A stretch of 64,000 nucleotides of DNA from a virus: the IMG/VR virus record IMGVR_UViG_3300011335_000775, positions 49,803 through 113,802 of that record; one strand, written 5' to 3'. Below the pieces are notes generated by a model. The model had not been told where the DNA came from and did no database searches. It saw only the letters and a list, made by a program, of their open reading frames with translations. This document shows positions 46,362 through 55,860 of the stretch, piece by piece. Both the position numbers and the translations under genes were made by a program. Numbering within the stretch: the first letter of the stretch is position 1; the number at the start of each line of letters is the position of its first letter.

Positions 46362-46392
46362 GAACACTTATTAACTAATTAGGCATGAAATT

Positions 46393-47499
46393 ATGGCAGC
46401 TAATCCGTTTGCACCCGCACCTAAACTGGCACAAACACCCTTGGTGTCTGTGGGCAATATCTATGATCCATTGGTAAGTCGTTCGCAGACCATTGTGAAT
46501 GATCCTCGAATTGTAGAAGCCATTGAAAAATTGCGCACACGTCTTGGTGGTGCCACGTACACACAAGAGCATTTTGGTCGGTTGGAGTTGCATGCTGCTA
46601 GCCTGATTGACATTAACGTTGACATCCAACGCCTGCTAGAAACCCCACACATTGGAAAGAACATCATTGAACTGTTTGATCCTCGTATCATGCAGCCGCT
46701 CAACGTGATTCATATCAAAAGCACCGGGCGCTACAGTGCCTGGGAAGGGCAACAAAGTGGAACAGCATTTGCCTTGATGATGCATTTTGGACTAATCACT
46801 CCAGACACGTTGCTTCAATGCAAAGTAGTAGACGATGACTTGGAAGTTCCAGGATCGGATCTTGTGGGCGAAGCAGTAGGTAACTATGGATTCCGTTGTA
46901 TCAATTATAAAGGACGAAAAGAGCCTGACCTATTTTGGATTTTTCGCAGTATGGTCAATGGGGTGCGGCTATATCATAGTAATCTCACAGAGGACTTGCA
47001 AGCCAATGAGATTCAGAACACCCTACAGGCCAACAATATGTTTGCGGCACCGGCTGCTGATGCACAAGGCCAAAAGGCAAAACCGGGCATGATCAGTCAC
47101 GTTAGTGCAATCTTGAATCTTTCAGGACACGGCACCGATGCATTTAATGAAACCAAGAAAGATCTTGAGTGGACGTTGAAATGGCATGACAAATACTACG
47201 CCAGCGAAAAAGGTGTAAACGGGGGTTACATTATTCAGTTTGGTCGATTTGCTACTCTTTGTCGTGACCAAGGTATTGAAATTACCAAAGAGCACGAACA
47301 AGAATTTTACACACACATGAAGCGATATGGATCTCCAAGTGCATTCCACAGTGATTGCAAACTGCGTTATACTAAAGTTTATGGCAAAGGTTGGAAGGAT
47401 GCATGCTTGTTGCCAATCTGGGTCAAAGACTACATGAAACGTGGTGGAACATTGGCTCTGCCAACAGTGCCAGACTACGATACCTACAAAACTTGCTGA
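46393..47499 (+). CDS. ParB/Srx-like N-terminal domain protein
   Basis: I.VDIQR.L...I...FDP....P..V....Y..WEGQQ (compare DGQHR). Confidence 0.55.
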   Translation: MAANPFAPAPKLAQTPLVSVGNIYDPLVSRSQTIVNDPRIVEAIEKLRTRLGGATYTQEHFGRLELHAASLIDINVDIQRLLETPHIGKNIIELFDPRIMQPLNVIHIKSTGRYSAWEGQQSGTAFALMMHFGLITPDTLLQCKVVDDDLEVPGSDLVGEAVGNYGFRCINYKGRKEPDLFWIFRSMVNGVRLYHSNLTEDLQANEIQNTLQANNMFAAPAADAQGQKAKPGMISHVSAILNLSGHGTDAFNETKKDLEWTLKWHDKYYASEKGVNGGYIIQFGRFATLCRDQGIEITKEHEQEFYTHMKRYGSPSAFHSDCKLRYTKVYGKGWKDACLLPIWVKDYMKRGGTLALPTVPDYDTYKTC

Positions 47500-47504
47500 T
47501 CACT

Positions 47505-47873
47505 ATGACTACAGATACTACTAATCTATACACATTTTATCTTTGGCGTCATCGTTATGTAAATGATGACACCGAAGCAATTGTGTGCCGCACATGTTTT
47601 GGTATCACTTCTAACCTTGACGGGCGACAGCATGGATATGAAGGGCATGTAGGGCATCCAATCCGCTGGGCTGCGTTGTGGGCAGGTCCCGAACGTCAAA
47701 TCCGTGAATTGGAACATCGATTGAACGCAACCTTTAGAGACTACTTGTTTTCGGGACACAAGGATTTTGTGTACGAATGGGTAGACGAAACTATTCCGTT
47801 TGAAGATATCAAGAATTGGGTAGAGTGGGAAGTAGAAAATACATTCGCTGATATTGTAGAAATCAAGGTATAA
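47505..47873 (+). CDS. GIY-YIG-like (T5orf172-type) small protein
   Basis: FYL...FGIT.N...R...Y...E...EW pattern. Confidence 0.5.
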   Translation: MTTDTTNLYTFYLWRHRYVNDDTEAIVCRTCFGITSNLDGRQHGYEGHVGHPIRWAALWAGPERQIRELEHRLNATFRDYLFSGHKDFVYEWVDETIPFEDIKNWVEWEVENTFADIVEIKV

Positions 47874-48337
47874 TGTTTTATTTTGCATATGGCATGAACA
47901 CAAACCGGGACAGCATGCGCCTTCGTTGTCCCGGTGCCATCTGCATGGGCCCAGCTATCCTTCAGGATCATGAATTTAGATTTGCACGCCATGCAGATGT
48001 AGTGCCAAACACTGACTCTGATGTTGATGGTGTGCTGTGGTTGATTGATACTGAACATTTGGAATCTCTGGATCAATTGGAGGGATTTCCGTATTATTAC
48101 GGTCGTGACATATTACCAGTTGAATATCACGGTAATATAATAATGGCAGAATGCTACCGCATGCAGCCTGACAATCCTGATGATTACCCCAGCCAAGGAT
48201 ACTTGGATATGCTGTCTGAAGGGTATGAAGAACATGGTGTGCCCTGGGATCAAATTGAAGCTGCGCTGGATAGTGTGGCACAAAAACAACAGACTTTTGT
48301 TGCAAAAAACCCACAAAAATTTGTGTCTTTTTTGTAA
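47873..48337 (+). CDS. Gamma-glutamylcyclotransferase-like (AIG2) protein
   Basis: YFAYG.N...M..RCP, GVLW, LD..EG.P..Y, PS..YL. Confidence 0.85.
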   Translation: MFYFAYGMNTNRDSMRLRCPGAICMGPAILQDHEFRFARHADVVPNTDSDVDGVLWLIDTEHLESLDQLEGFPYYYGRDILPVEYHGNIIMAECYRMQPDNPDDYPSQGYLDMLSEGYEEHGVPWDQIEAALDSVAQKQQTFVAKNPQKFVSFL

Positions 48338-48353
48338 AAATATGGTATAAAAC

Positions 48354-48414
48354 GGTAGACCGGTATTGAAAGATCGGCTATAATATACACATGTTCAGCA
48401 AAAAGGAGTTCAAA
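48354..48414 (+). promoter_or_regulatory. Early promoter cassette repeat
   Basis: TAGACC-17-TATAAT + ATACACATGTTCAGCAAAAAGGAGTTC, nearly identical to 49113-49173. Confidence 0.8.
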
Positions 48415-48693
48415 ATGAGCTACTACGTAATTGTCAAAGCTACTGGTCTTATTGCCACTGATGGTCCTAATCGCACTCGTAGTTACAATACGTTCGGTGC
48501 TGCCAAGGCCACTCGCACTCGTCTTTGCAATAAAGCAGGTTGGGGCATTAACGAGCTGGACATTGTTGACACCAAGACCTACCAACCGCGCATGGTCACT
48601 CGCAAGAACTTGATGAGTGGTGCGGAGTTCCAAGAGGACGTGAACACCCCTTACTACTGCTCGCCCTCCAGCGAAACTTTCTGGAGCATGTGA
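48415..48693 (+). CDS. Conserved early phage protein
   Basis: V..KNLMSG....D.NTP..C.PSSET.WSM. Confidence 0.7.
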   Translation: MSYYVIVKATGLIATDGPNRTRSYNTFGAAKATRTRLCNKAGWGINELDIVDTKTYQPRMVTRKNLMSGAEFQEDVNTPYYCSPSSETFWSM

Positions 48694-48694
48694 T

Positions 48695-48895
48695 ATGGGA
48701 AAGATTAAGTTGAAACCGCTTGATGTGGTTATGACAAAATTTAAAACCATCACTGTGGTAGATAGGGTTGGTACTGGTGGACGGGTCAGCATTGTATTGC
48801 CCGACAATTCTATGCAAAAGGTTGCATGGTACGAGCCCAGTGAATTGACCTACATTGGTAAATTAACCGAATTGATTAAGGAAAATGTAGTATGA
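48695..48895 (+). CDS. Hypothetical SH3-like protein
   Basis: GGAG SD; AWY...EL. Confidence 0.55.
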   Translation: MGKIKLKPLDVVMTKFKTITVVDRVGTGGRVSIVLPDNSMQKVAWYEPSELTYIGKLTELIKENVV

Positions 48896-49112
48896 ATCAA
48901 GCACTGATCAATCTAGCCATCGTATTGGCACCAATCTGGATTTTTGGAATCGCAGTCATGCTTGAGGAGATATTCAAATGATGGATCAATTTCGAGTGTG
49001 CTATATCCCCGGCGGAATGAGCCTGTATCACAGCGGGTGGTGGTTGTGTAGTGTTCAATCCTTTCGTGATGGTATGACCTACGAAGCCCCTATCAAAATG
49101 CTGAAAAAAGCA

Positions 49113-49173
49113 GGTTGACCGGAATTGGCAGATCGGCTATAATATACACATGTTCAGCAAAAAGGAGTTCGAA
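49113..49173 (+). promoter_or_regulatory. Early promoter cassette repeat
   Basis: GGTTGACCGGAATTGGCAGATCGGCTATAAT. Confidence 0.85.
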
Positions 49174-49446
49174 ATGAAAGTATCAGCATTGACAGCGTAT
49201 GTGGATCAAAAGAACCGTTGGAACAGTATCTTCAAGGGCAAGCAGTACGATTTCCAAAGCCCAGCTGGTCGCCAGGAGATTGCTCGCATGCTGGATGCAG
49301 ACCTAAGCCCAGAGAACCTGACGTGTGATGGTGAACTCAGCCGCACACAAATCAATGCTCGCTACCGGGCGTTGACCAAGGCTGCACAAGAGTTGGTGCA
49401 GTTGGACCCTAGCGTTCGTATCTACGAATTCTACACTGGAGAATAA
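49174..49446 (+). CDS. Conserved early phage protein
   Basis: LSPENLTCDGE motif. Confidence 0.7.
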   Translation: MKVSALTAYVDQKNRWNSIFKGKQYDFQSPAGRQEIARMLDADLSPENLTCDGELSRTQINARYRALTKAAQELVQLDPSVRIYEFYTGE

Positions 49447-49729
49447 TATGTCGGAACTGGAAGCACTACAGGCCAAAGCCAAGGCCATCCTGGAAAACTG
49501 TGAACATTGGAAAAGCTGCCAGGATGGCTCCTACGAAATGTCTTTGCACTATGCAGGATATGATCAGGTGCTCAAACAAATACAGGAATTGAAGGCAAAA
49601 TCAAATGTCTAAGTTCCTAACAGGATTTGTATTGGGCATCGTAGTCAGCACCATTGGCTTTTCGGGATTGGCTCGAATGGCAGACCGTGGTGTTGATCAG
49701 TTAAAACAAACTTCACAAGAGGTAGCAAA

Positions 49730-49984
49730 ATGAAAAAAGACAAAAGCAAAAGCAAATCCGTAGCAATGGATTTTGAAACTCATGTAGATCGATTTGATCT
49801 GGAACAGCAAATCATGCAGTGTTGGAGCATGGTAGATGATGTCAAGCTGTTCGCCGAGCAAGGCGCACCCAGCGATGAATTTGCTGCGCTGGCCACTGTG
49901 TATCATCGCAAGTTTGAAACACTGTTTGACACCTTTGAGCTCATGCTGCGCACAGGTCAATTCACCAATACTGGTTCCAAATGA
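49730..49984 (+). CDS. Hypothetical protein
   Basis: DRFDLEQQIM.CW...DD...Y..KF..L. Confidence 0.65.
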   Translation: MKKDKSKSKSVAMDFETHVDRFDLEQQIMQCWSMVDDVKLFAEQGAPSDEFAALATVYHRKFETLFDTFELMLRTGQFTNTGSK

Positions 49985-50095
49985 ACCATCCCCAATCTAT
50001 TGTAACAAAGAGGTTGACAACTCGTCGCCTGTGTGTTATACTTAGGTCAGCTGTGCGGAACAGCATTTTAATCAACTCGAAAGGCAACTTAAATC

Positions 50096-50446
50096 ATGAA
50101 TGAAAAAACTTTTACCGTAGCAGGAACCGCAACCAATGCCGATGGCACCGTTAAGGTACGCTTTGCAAACGACTTGGTAGCACGTATCAAGATTCTCAAC
50201 AAAAACAACTGCACCAATATTAACTTGGTTGAACTGCCTCGGGCAATGACCAAGCTGGAAGCTCTGCAACACTTGCAGACTCTGGGTATCACAGCAGGTG
50301 ATGCTGGCTTTGCTGTGGCTAACAAGATCTCTGAAAAGAGCAAAGTGGCCAAGAAGGGCGAAATCAAAGTCAAGGCCACCAAGGCCGCGGCAGTGCCAAA
50401 ATCTACCGAAACCAATCCCGAAGGTTGGAACAAGGTCACGGTATAA
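50096..50446 (+). CDS. Hypothetical K/A-tailed protein; paralogue of 4819-5238
   Basis: KVRFAND..RIK.L.K...LVELP..MTK; promoter TTGACA..TATACT upstream. Confidence 0.7.
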   Translation: MNEKTFTVAGTATNADGTVKVRFANDLVARIKILNKNNCTNINLVELPRAMTKLEALQHLQTLGITAGDAGFAVANKISEKSKVAKKGEIKVKATKAAAVPKSTETNPEGWNKVTV

Positions 50447-50469
50447 CCAACCGCAACTTCCGCACGCCG

Positions 50470-50490
50470 AAGGCCCGCAAGGGCCTTTTG
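50470..50490 (+). terminator. Rho-independent terminator
   Basis: AAGGCCC-GCAA-GGGCCTTTT. Confidence 0.8.
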
Positions 50491-50532
50491 TTTTGGCTAA
50501 ATATTTCATGAACACAAGTTCATGCTAATTCT

Positions 50533-50748
50533 GTGCAATACATAATACTATATCGCGGCGAAGCACCGGATGCCAAATTCAAGGCCTGGATCAAAAACAA
50601 TCCCGCAGGTCATGCTCGCATACAAGACAATCGCTTACAGTTACCTGACTATCGTGCTCTGGGCTTATTCCAACTTAGTTGGATGGGTGATTGGAACCTC
50701 ACGGTGATATGGGACTCCTGGGAACGTCGCCATATTGTTATAGAATAA
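50533..50748 (+). CDS. Hypothetical protein
   Basis: ORF after a TAAATA motif. Confidence 0.55.
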   Translation: MQYIILYRGEAPDAKFKAWIKNNPAGHARIQDNRLQLPDYRALGLFQLSWMGDWNLTVIWDSWERRHIVIE

Positions 50749-50824
50749 TATTGACTTCTGTTGATCAAGAGTATATACTACTGACATGGACACACAATCC
50801 AGTCATTAACAAAGGAAAAATATT

Positions 50825-51013
50825 ATGACCAATCACGAACAAATCGTATCAGCTTACGAAACTTATATTGCTGAGAACGAGAAATTCACAGCCAAGGGTG
50901 TGAAAGCCGCTGCTGCTCGCGCTCGCAAGGCCTTGCAAGAAATGAGCAAGGGTATCAAAGAACGCCGTAAAGAAATCACTGCGGAAAAAGAAGCACTGTC
51001 TACCAAGGTGTGA
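50825..51013 (+). CDS. Hc1-like small DNA-binding protein
   Basis: KF..KG.KAAAARARKAL.E..K..K..RKE. Confidence 0.75.
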   Translation: MTNHEQIVSAYETYIAENEKFTAKGVKAAAARARKALQEMSKGIKERRKEITAEKEALSTKV

Positions 51014-51609
51014 TAATGAGCCAGGAGTTGCCGCCTCTAACTTTAGGTGAAGCGTTGACGACTACGTCCCTATACGATGACGGGTATACGGAAAAAATCC
51101 GTGGTCTCAACCAAGCAGTTAAAAATGCTGCCTCCACACCCTTATACCAAGAAACTGATTGGACTACTGGTGTCATGCATTCAATTGACCACGGTACTAT
51201 AGGGCCACTTACCTCAGGTGCTACTGGTGCCACTGGATCAATAGGATCAATAGGATTACAGCCCGGATTTACCTATACTACCAATACCACTAGTCCTTAC
51301 ACCATTGGATCAGGGTATGGCGGCCACGGACAGGGCAATATTTCCATGGCAAACACACAGTTTGAACAAAGTGGCAAGATGGCCCTGAAGGGCGAAAAAG
51401 CCGACATTGAGATCAATGGCAAGAGCATGAGCGCCTGGATGGAAAAGGTAGAACAACGACTGAACATTCTCACTCCTAATCCTGACATGGAAAAAGACTG
51501 GGATGACCTGCGCCGACTGGGCGAACGATATAGAAAACTGGAAAAGAAATGCCAAGAGAAAAGCAAAATGTGGGAAGCACTCAAGAAGATGCCACCACCA
51601 AAACTATAA
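51010..51609 (+). CDS. Hypothetical protein (G/T-rich linker, coiled-coil C-terminus)
   Basis: G..ADI.INGKS...RL.IL.PN..E..W. Confidence 0.65.
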   Translation: MIMSQELPPLTLGEALTTTSLYDDGYTEKIRGLNQAVKNAASTPLYQETDWTTGVMHSIDHGTIGPLTSGATGATGSIGSIGLQPGFTYTTNTTSPYTIGSGYGGHGQGNISMANTQFEQSGKMALKGEKADIEINGKSMSAWMEKVEQRLNILTPNPDMEKDWDDLRRLGERYRKLEKKCQEKSKMWEALKKMPPPKL

Positions 51610-52376
51610 CCCCAAAACAACGTATCAACACCATTGTGAAATGGATTCGTGCTTATGCCCGCAGTGCCAAAATTGACACATTAGTGATAGGAATCTCAGG
51701 GGGAATTGATTCTGCTGTGGTCAGCACATTGTGTGCCCGGACAGGCTTGAATGTACATGCAGTGAGCATGCCTGTTCGTCAAAGCAAATCCACCCACAGT
51801 CTCAGCATGGCGCATGGTACTTGGCTTGTGGAGAAATTCCCCAATACGGTATTGCACAAAACCATTGACCTCACGCCGTGTTTCAAGCAGTTTGAAAAAG
51901 CCACAGCGGATGGTGTGTACAATGAACTGGCTTATGCTAACAGTCGAGCTCGACTGCGCATGATGACCTTGTATCAGATTGCACAAAGCATGCGGGGTAT
52001 TGTGGTGGGCACAGGCAACCGTGTAGAGGATTTTGGAGTGGGATTCTTTACTAAATATGGTGACGGTGGCGTAGACATTAGCCCCATTGGCGACTGCATG
52101 AAAACTCAAGTGTGGGCCATGGGACAAGAGTTAGGATTGTTGCAAGCAATCATTGATGCTGCCCCAACTGACGGATTGTGGGAGGATGGCCGAACTGATG
52201 AAGATCAGTTGGGCATGACGTACCCTGAATTGGAACTGGCCATGCGTCAGGATACCTATTCTGAACTGGCCAAATACGCCACTCCGCAACAAAAGAAAAA
52301 CCTTCGCCGATACCGTGAGATTCGCTCAACAAACTTGCACAAGATGTTGCCGATTCCGGTCTGCAAGCTCAGCTGA
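51549..52376 (+). CDS. nadE: NH3-dependent NAD+ synthetase (start uncertain)
   Basis: GISGGIDS, N.RARLRM, GTGN..E, TKYGDGG, PTDGLW...TDE.QLG..Y. Confidence 0.93.
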   Translation: MPREKQNVGSTQEDATTKTITPKQRINTIVKWIRAYARSAKIDTLVIGISGGIDSAVVSTLCARTGLNVHAVSMPVRQSKSTHSLSMAHGTWLVEKFPNTVLHKTIDLTPCFKQFEKATADGVYNELAYANSRARLRMMTLYQIAQSMRGIVVGTGNRVEDFGVGFFTKYGDGGVDISPIGDCMKTQVWAMGQELGLLQAIIDAAPTDGLWEDGRTDEDQLGMTYPELELAMRQDTYSELAKYATPQQKKNLRRYREIRSTNLHKMLPIPVCKLS

Positions 52377-52467
52377 CTGTGTTATAATACACATTGAGAA
52401 ACACAGAACCACCTGGTTTTGTGTGGATCTTCCGGGTGATTTTGCCCATTTCATTAAGTAACATACC

Positions 52468-53040
52468 ATGAAAGCAAATCAACTATCACTTCTGGCACAG
52501 CGTTATACATCACTCATGCTCAAGGCTCTGGGCTTGTTCATAGTGGTCTATACTGTGTTCTCAGTAACAACCACACGTTTTGATATCCTGCGTGAACAAT
52601 CAGGAAATTTATCTCCAAACTATATCAGTGCTGCTCAACGCACCCAAGAACTGGATTGTCTAACACGCAACATCTATTGGGAAGCTGCAAGTGAACCATT
52701 TGAAGGCAAAGTAGGAGTGGCACAAGTCACCTTGAACCGCCTGGCATCGGGCAAGTTCGCCCCATCTGTGTGTGGTGTGGTTTATCAGAAAAACATCTTC
52801 TATGAAAAAGTAGTATGTCAATTTTCATGGTTCTGCGAGCCGGCACACAAGGTCAAAGCCATTCATAAACCTCTATGGACAGAAAGTGAAGAAGTGGCTA
52901 AAAAAGTGTTGTTGGAGGGATTCCGCTTGCCCGGACTCAAAGATGCACTATATTATCACGCCGACTACGTAAATCCAGGTTGGAATAAACCCAGGCTAGA
53001 AAAAATTGGACATCATATCTTTTACGGAGAAAAACCATGA
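52468..53040 (+). CDS. SleB/Hydrolase_2 cell-wall hydrolase with N-terminal TM
   Basis: CL..NIY.EA..E...G...VAQV..NR, CQFSW, YYHA.YV.P.W, IG.HIFY. Confidence 0.92.
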   Translation: MKANQLSLLAQRYTSLMLKALGLFIVVYTVFSVTTTRFDILREQSGNLSPNYISAAQRTQELDCLTRNIYWEAASEPFEGKVGVAQVTLNRLASGKFAPSVCGVVYQKNIFYEKVVCQFSWFCEPAHKVKAIHKPLWTESEEVAKKVLLEGFRLPGLKDALYYHADYVNPGWNKPRLEKIGHHIFYGEKP

Positions 53041-53351
53041 ACTTTGACCCTATCACCTGGGCGGAATCTGTTGCCAAATGGATGCAAGAACACTTGCCTC
53101 GACTGAGTGCAGAAACTCTAGGTTGGCTTGCAGCCATAGTATTTCATGCTGCAACCATACCCACGTTGTTGGCCTTGATGACTGGGCTCAGTGATCGAAC
53201 ACCCAGCTTGGATGTGGTTTTGTTCATGTGGACTGGTCTGGTTTTGTTGTTCATGCGAGCTGTGGTGCTCAAAGACATGCTCAATATTGTCACAGTTGGT
53301 GTGGGATTCATTGTGCAAGCTGTGCTGATGGCGCTGATCTTGTTCAAATAA
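53037..53351 (+). CDS. Three-TM membrane protein (PQ-loop/SemiSWEET-like or holin-like)
   Basis: Three hydrophobic helices; coupled to the SleB gene. Confidence 0.55.
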   Translation: MNFDPITWAESVAKWMQEHLPRLSAETLGWLAAIVFHAATIPTLLALMTGLSDRTPSLDVVLFMWTGLVLLFMRAVVLKDMLNIVTVGVGFIVQAVLMALILFK

Positions 53352-53409
53352 GCATTGACCAGTAATTCGAGCTGTGTTATAATAAGCACATGATCACCAG
53401 GAGAATACA

Positions 53410-53799
53410 ATGACCATGCACATGTGCGGCCCTGCCTTGAGTCTCAACGGCAAGAAAAAAGGCCGAGTAAAATTCCGTAATGCAGCTGAAGCACAAAAGG
53501 CCCGCGAGCTGGATTTGAGCTGGAAAGAACTGCTGGCACGGCAAGGCGTAGAAGCAGAAGAAAAAAAGCGTCGACGTGCTATGGCAGCAGAGCCCTTGGT
53601 GTACAAATTAGAAACGCCAGTGGGGCGTACCAACACTCATCACATTCCCAGCAGAGTCACGGCAGGGCATGATACCACACCCAACGTCAAAGTGTACACA
53701 GGAACTGAAATCATTGGCGTGACCGTTCTACATAAATCTTGTTTGCAGCCGGTATTCAACCAGCAACAAGCAATAGACGCCGCTTCGATGAGACGGTAA
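53410..53799 (+). CDS. Conserved phage protein
   Basis: YTG....G...HKS...PVF...A.D...MRR; sigma70 promoter at about 53356-53384. Confidence 0.7.
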   Translation: MTMHMCGPALSLNGKKKGRVKFRNAAEAQKARELDLSWKELLARQGVEAEEKKRRRAMAAEPLVYKLETPVGRTNTHHIPSRVTAGHDTTPNVKVYTGTEIIGVTVLHKSCLQPVFNQQQAIDAASMRR

Positions 53800-53813
53800 T
53801 ACACTGGTCTAAA

Positions 53814-54056
53814 GTGATCGATCTTGAAGTGGTAAAACGCCTAGAAACTGGCCTTGCTAAAAATCAGCCTGACTGGCCATATTGGGTTCGACCATACAAT
53901 TACTCTGAGAAAGAGTGGAATGAGATAGACACTTGGGTTCGTAATACGTTTGGTGACACTGATTGGGGTTACGAAGGTCGGTGGGTTGGCAGTAGTAGAA
54001 AATATTGGTTCCGTGAAGCAGCAGATAGAACCTTTTTCTTGTTGAGATGGACATGA
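53814..54056 (+). CDS. F..LRW family cassette 1 (start uncertain)
   Basis: WFREAADRTFFLLRWT. Confidence 0.65.
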   Translation: MIDLEVVKRLETGLAKNQPDWPYWVRPYNYSEKEWNEIDTWVRNTFGDTDWGYEGRWVGSSRKYWFREAADRTFFLLRWT

Positions 54057-54310
54057 AAACAAACGAACAAAACACAGTATACGGACGACCGTATCATACC
54101 ATACCTGTGCCTGATCGTGGCTACGATTGGGGGCCTCAGGTGCGTTGGTGTGATGAACAGTTTGGTCAAACTACCAGCAGCATTACACATCTGGATGGTC
54201 CTAAAAAGAGAATGAGCCTGCCCAATGAGCGATGGTATACAAACGGTTCTTACTTCTGGTTCCGTGACGAAGCAGACTACATGTGGTTCCTGTTGAGGTG
54301 GTCATGCTGA
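54053..54310 (+). CDS. F..LRW family cassette 2
   Basis: WC.EQFG...WFRDEADYMWFLLRWS. Confidence 0.7.
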   Translation: MKTNEQNTVYGRPYHTIPVPDRGYDWGPQVRWCDEQFGQTTSSITHLDGPKKRMSLPNERWYTNGSYFWFRDEADYMWFLLRWSC

Positions 54311-54495
54311 TTGTTGATTACGGGCATGTGCGTGTGGAGATGCCACATAGTGCCCAGGGTGATTTTGCCCGTTTGTATCAGCAGGCCAAATGGTGCAAAG
54401 AAATCTTCAAGTGGGAGCACCACCGTCTTGCAGGCAGCGTGTTCTATTTTAAAAGAAAAAAGGACCTAATGTGGTTCCTGTTGAGGTGGTCATGA
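54304..54495 (+). CDS. F..LRW family cassette 3
   Basis: WC...YFKRKKDLMWFLLRWS. Confidence 0.7.
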   Translation: MLIVDYGHVRVEMPHSAQGDFARLYQQAKWCKEIFKWEHHRLAGSVFYFKRKKDLMWFLLRWS

Positions 54496-54869
54496 GTAAA
54501 AGTGAAATCAACGGTATCTTTTGGTCGAGCAAAAAATGTTGGATACCTTGCGGTCTTAATCTTAAGGATAAACTCTGGTGGAGATTCATGCCCGGTGTTG
54601 TGATCAATGTAGCATGGCCCAAGGGCAAAGTTCGAGTTGGCCCCAGTCATAGAGATGGATACTCTGGATATGGCCCAGAATTTGAATATGTTGATAGCGC
54701 CGATCCTAACGACTTCTATCGCCCTTGGCTGGAAGAACATGTTGGCAAGCAAGGCTGGGATTGGAACTGGGGCATGGCTGACCGTGATGCCACAGACAAT
54801 AGATTGACCATAAAGATTAGACGCAAGCATGAGAAGTATGCTACAATAGCAGCATTGAGGTGGTCATGA
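54492..54869 (+). CDS. F..LRW family cassette 4
   Basis: WL..HVG...ATIAALRWS. Confidence 0.7.
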   Translation: MSKSEINGIFWSSKKCWIPCGLNLKDKLWWRFMPGVVINVAWPKGKVRVGPSHRDGYSGYGPEFEYVDSADPNDFYRPWLEEHVGKQGWDWNWGMADRDATDNRLTIKIRRKHEKYATIAALRWS

Positions 54870-55162
54870 CAGGTGATAAAATGATTCAAGATTTTGCAAA
54901 ACGATATAACGCCAATATAAATCATCAGTACGATCGCAGCACGTTTCATACCTATGGTCGATCGTACGACTACTATGATGATAGTAAAACTGTGGTATCA
55001 ATCGAAATGCCTTCACGTAGTTTTCGTCACATGGTTGAAATGGAACATGAGGCAGACGAGCGTTATCAAGCGCAACGTGAAGAAAAGCGTCTTCGTGCAA
55101 CGTATCCTGCGGTCAAAGACGCATACGAGCAATATCAAATGGTACTAGCATTGTGCAAATGA
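54866..55162 (+). CDS. Hypothetical protein
   Basis: E..LR..YPAV..AYE.Y...L.L C-terminus (similar to the end of 6811-7275). Confidence 0.65.
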   Translation: MTGDKMIQDFAKRYNANINHQYDRSTFHTYGRSYDYYDDSKTVVSIEMPSRSFRHMVEMEHEADERYQAQREEKRLRATYPAVKDAYEQYQMVLALCK

Positions 55163-55413
55163 TCTCACTTGAACACAAATATCTTGATATACTGGCCAAA
55201 GACCTGGCTGATAGTATTGATACTGAAGTTCTGTACACAGCCCGGGGGTGGACTATTGTTAAAATATCGCATCCATGGTACATTCCTCACCTGCTTAATA
55301 ATACAGTAACAGACTGGGTAGAAACCCATTGTGGAGAATATCATTTGTGGGATGGCCAGATTGCTTTCAAGGAAGCTAGAGATGCTACGTTATTTTTGTT
55401 GAAGTGGGCATGA
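55159..55413 (+). CDS. F..LKW family cassette 5
   Basis: W...C...FKEARDATLFLLKWA. Confidence 0.7.
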   Translation: MISLEHKYLDILAKDLADSIDTEVLYTARGWTIVKISHPWYIPHLLNNTVTDWVETHCGEYHLWDGQIAFKEARDATLFLLKWA

Positions 55414-55448
55414 TTAAAAAACGCAATTTAACTTTTAGAGGAGATGTT

Positions 55449-55853
55449 ATGGATATAATGGATTGGGAAAAACAAGAAGTGTTTCGCTTGCTGAAGGGTC
55501 AGCCAGGCACATACTATCAAGAAGCTGATGAGTCAGGGCGTGAACAAATGCGCAATTGGGTCAAAGGACTATTGTCAAATACCGAAGTCACAGTGAAGTT
55601 TATCAAAGCCGACGGCACAGTACGTGAAATGCTATGCACACTGGATCACAGTAAAATTCCTGCAAAATCTGCACCTGCCACTGTGGTCAGCGCCAGCACG
55701 GCAAATGTGGACGGCTTGACCGAAAGTAAACGGCCACGCAAGGAACCAGATCCGCACAGCATCAGGGTGTATGACCTGGAAAAAGCAGAATGGCGCAGTT
55801 TCCGCTATGATCGATTACAGAAGATCACAGCAGAGATTGATTTTGCTAAGTAA
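55449..55853 (+). CDS. WYL_2 / SH3-like domain protein
   Basis: V.F.K.DG..R.M.CTL...VYDLEK..WRSFR. Confidence 0.8.
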   Translation: MDIMDWEKQEVFRLLKGQPGTYYQEADESGREQMRNWVKGLLSNTEVTVKFIKADGTVREMLCTLDHSKIPAKSAPATVVSASTANVDGLTESKRPRKEPDPHSIRVYDLEKAEWRSFRYDRLQKITAEIDFAK

Positions 55854-55860
55854 TAGGTTA

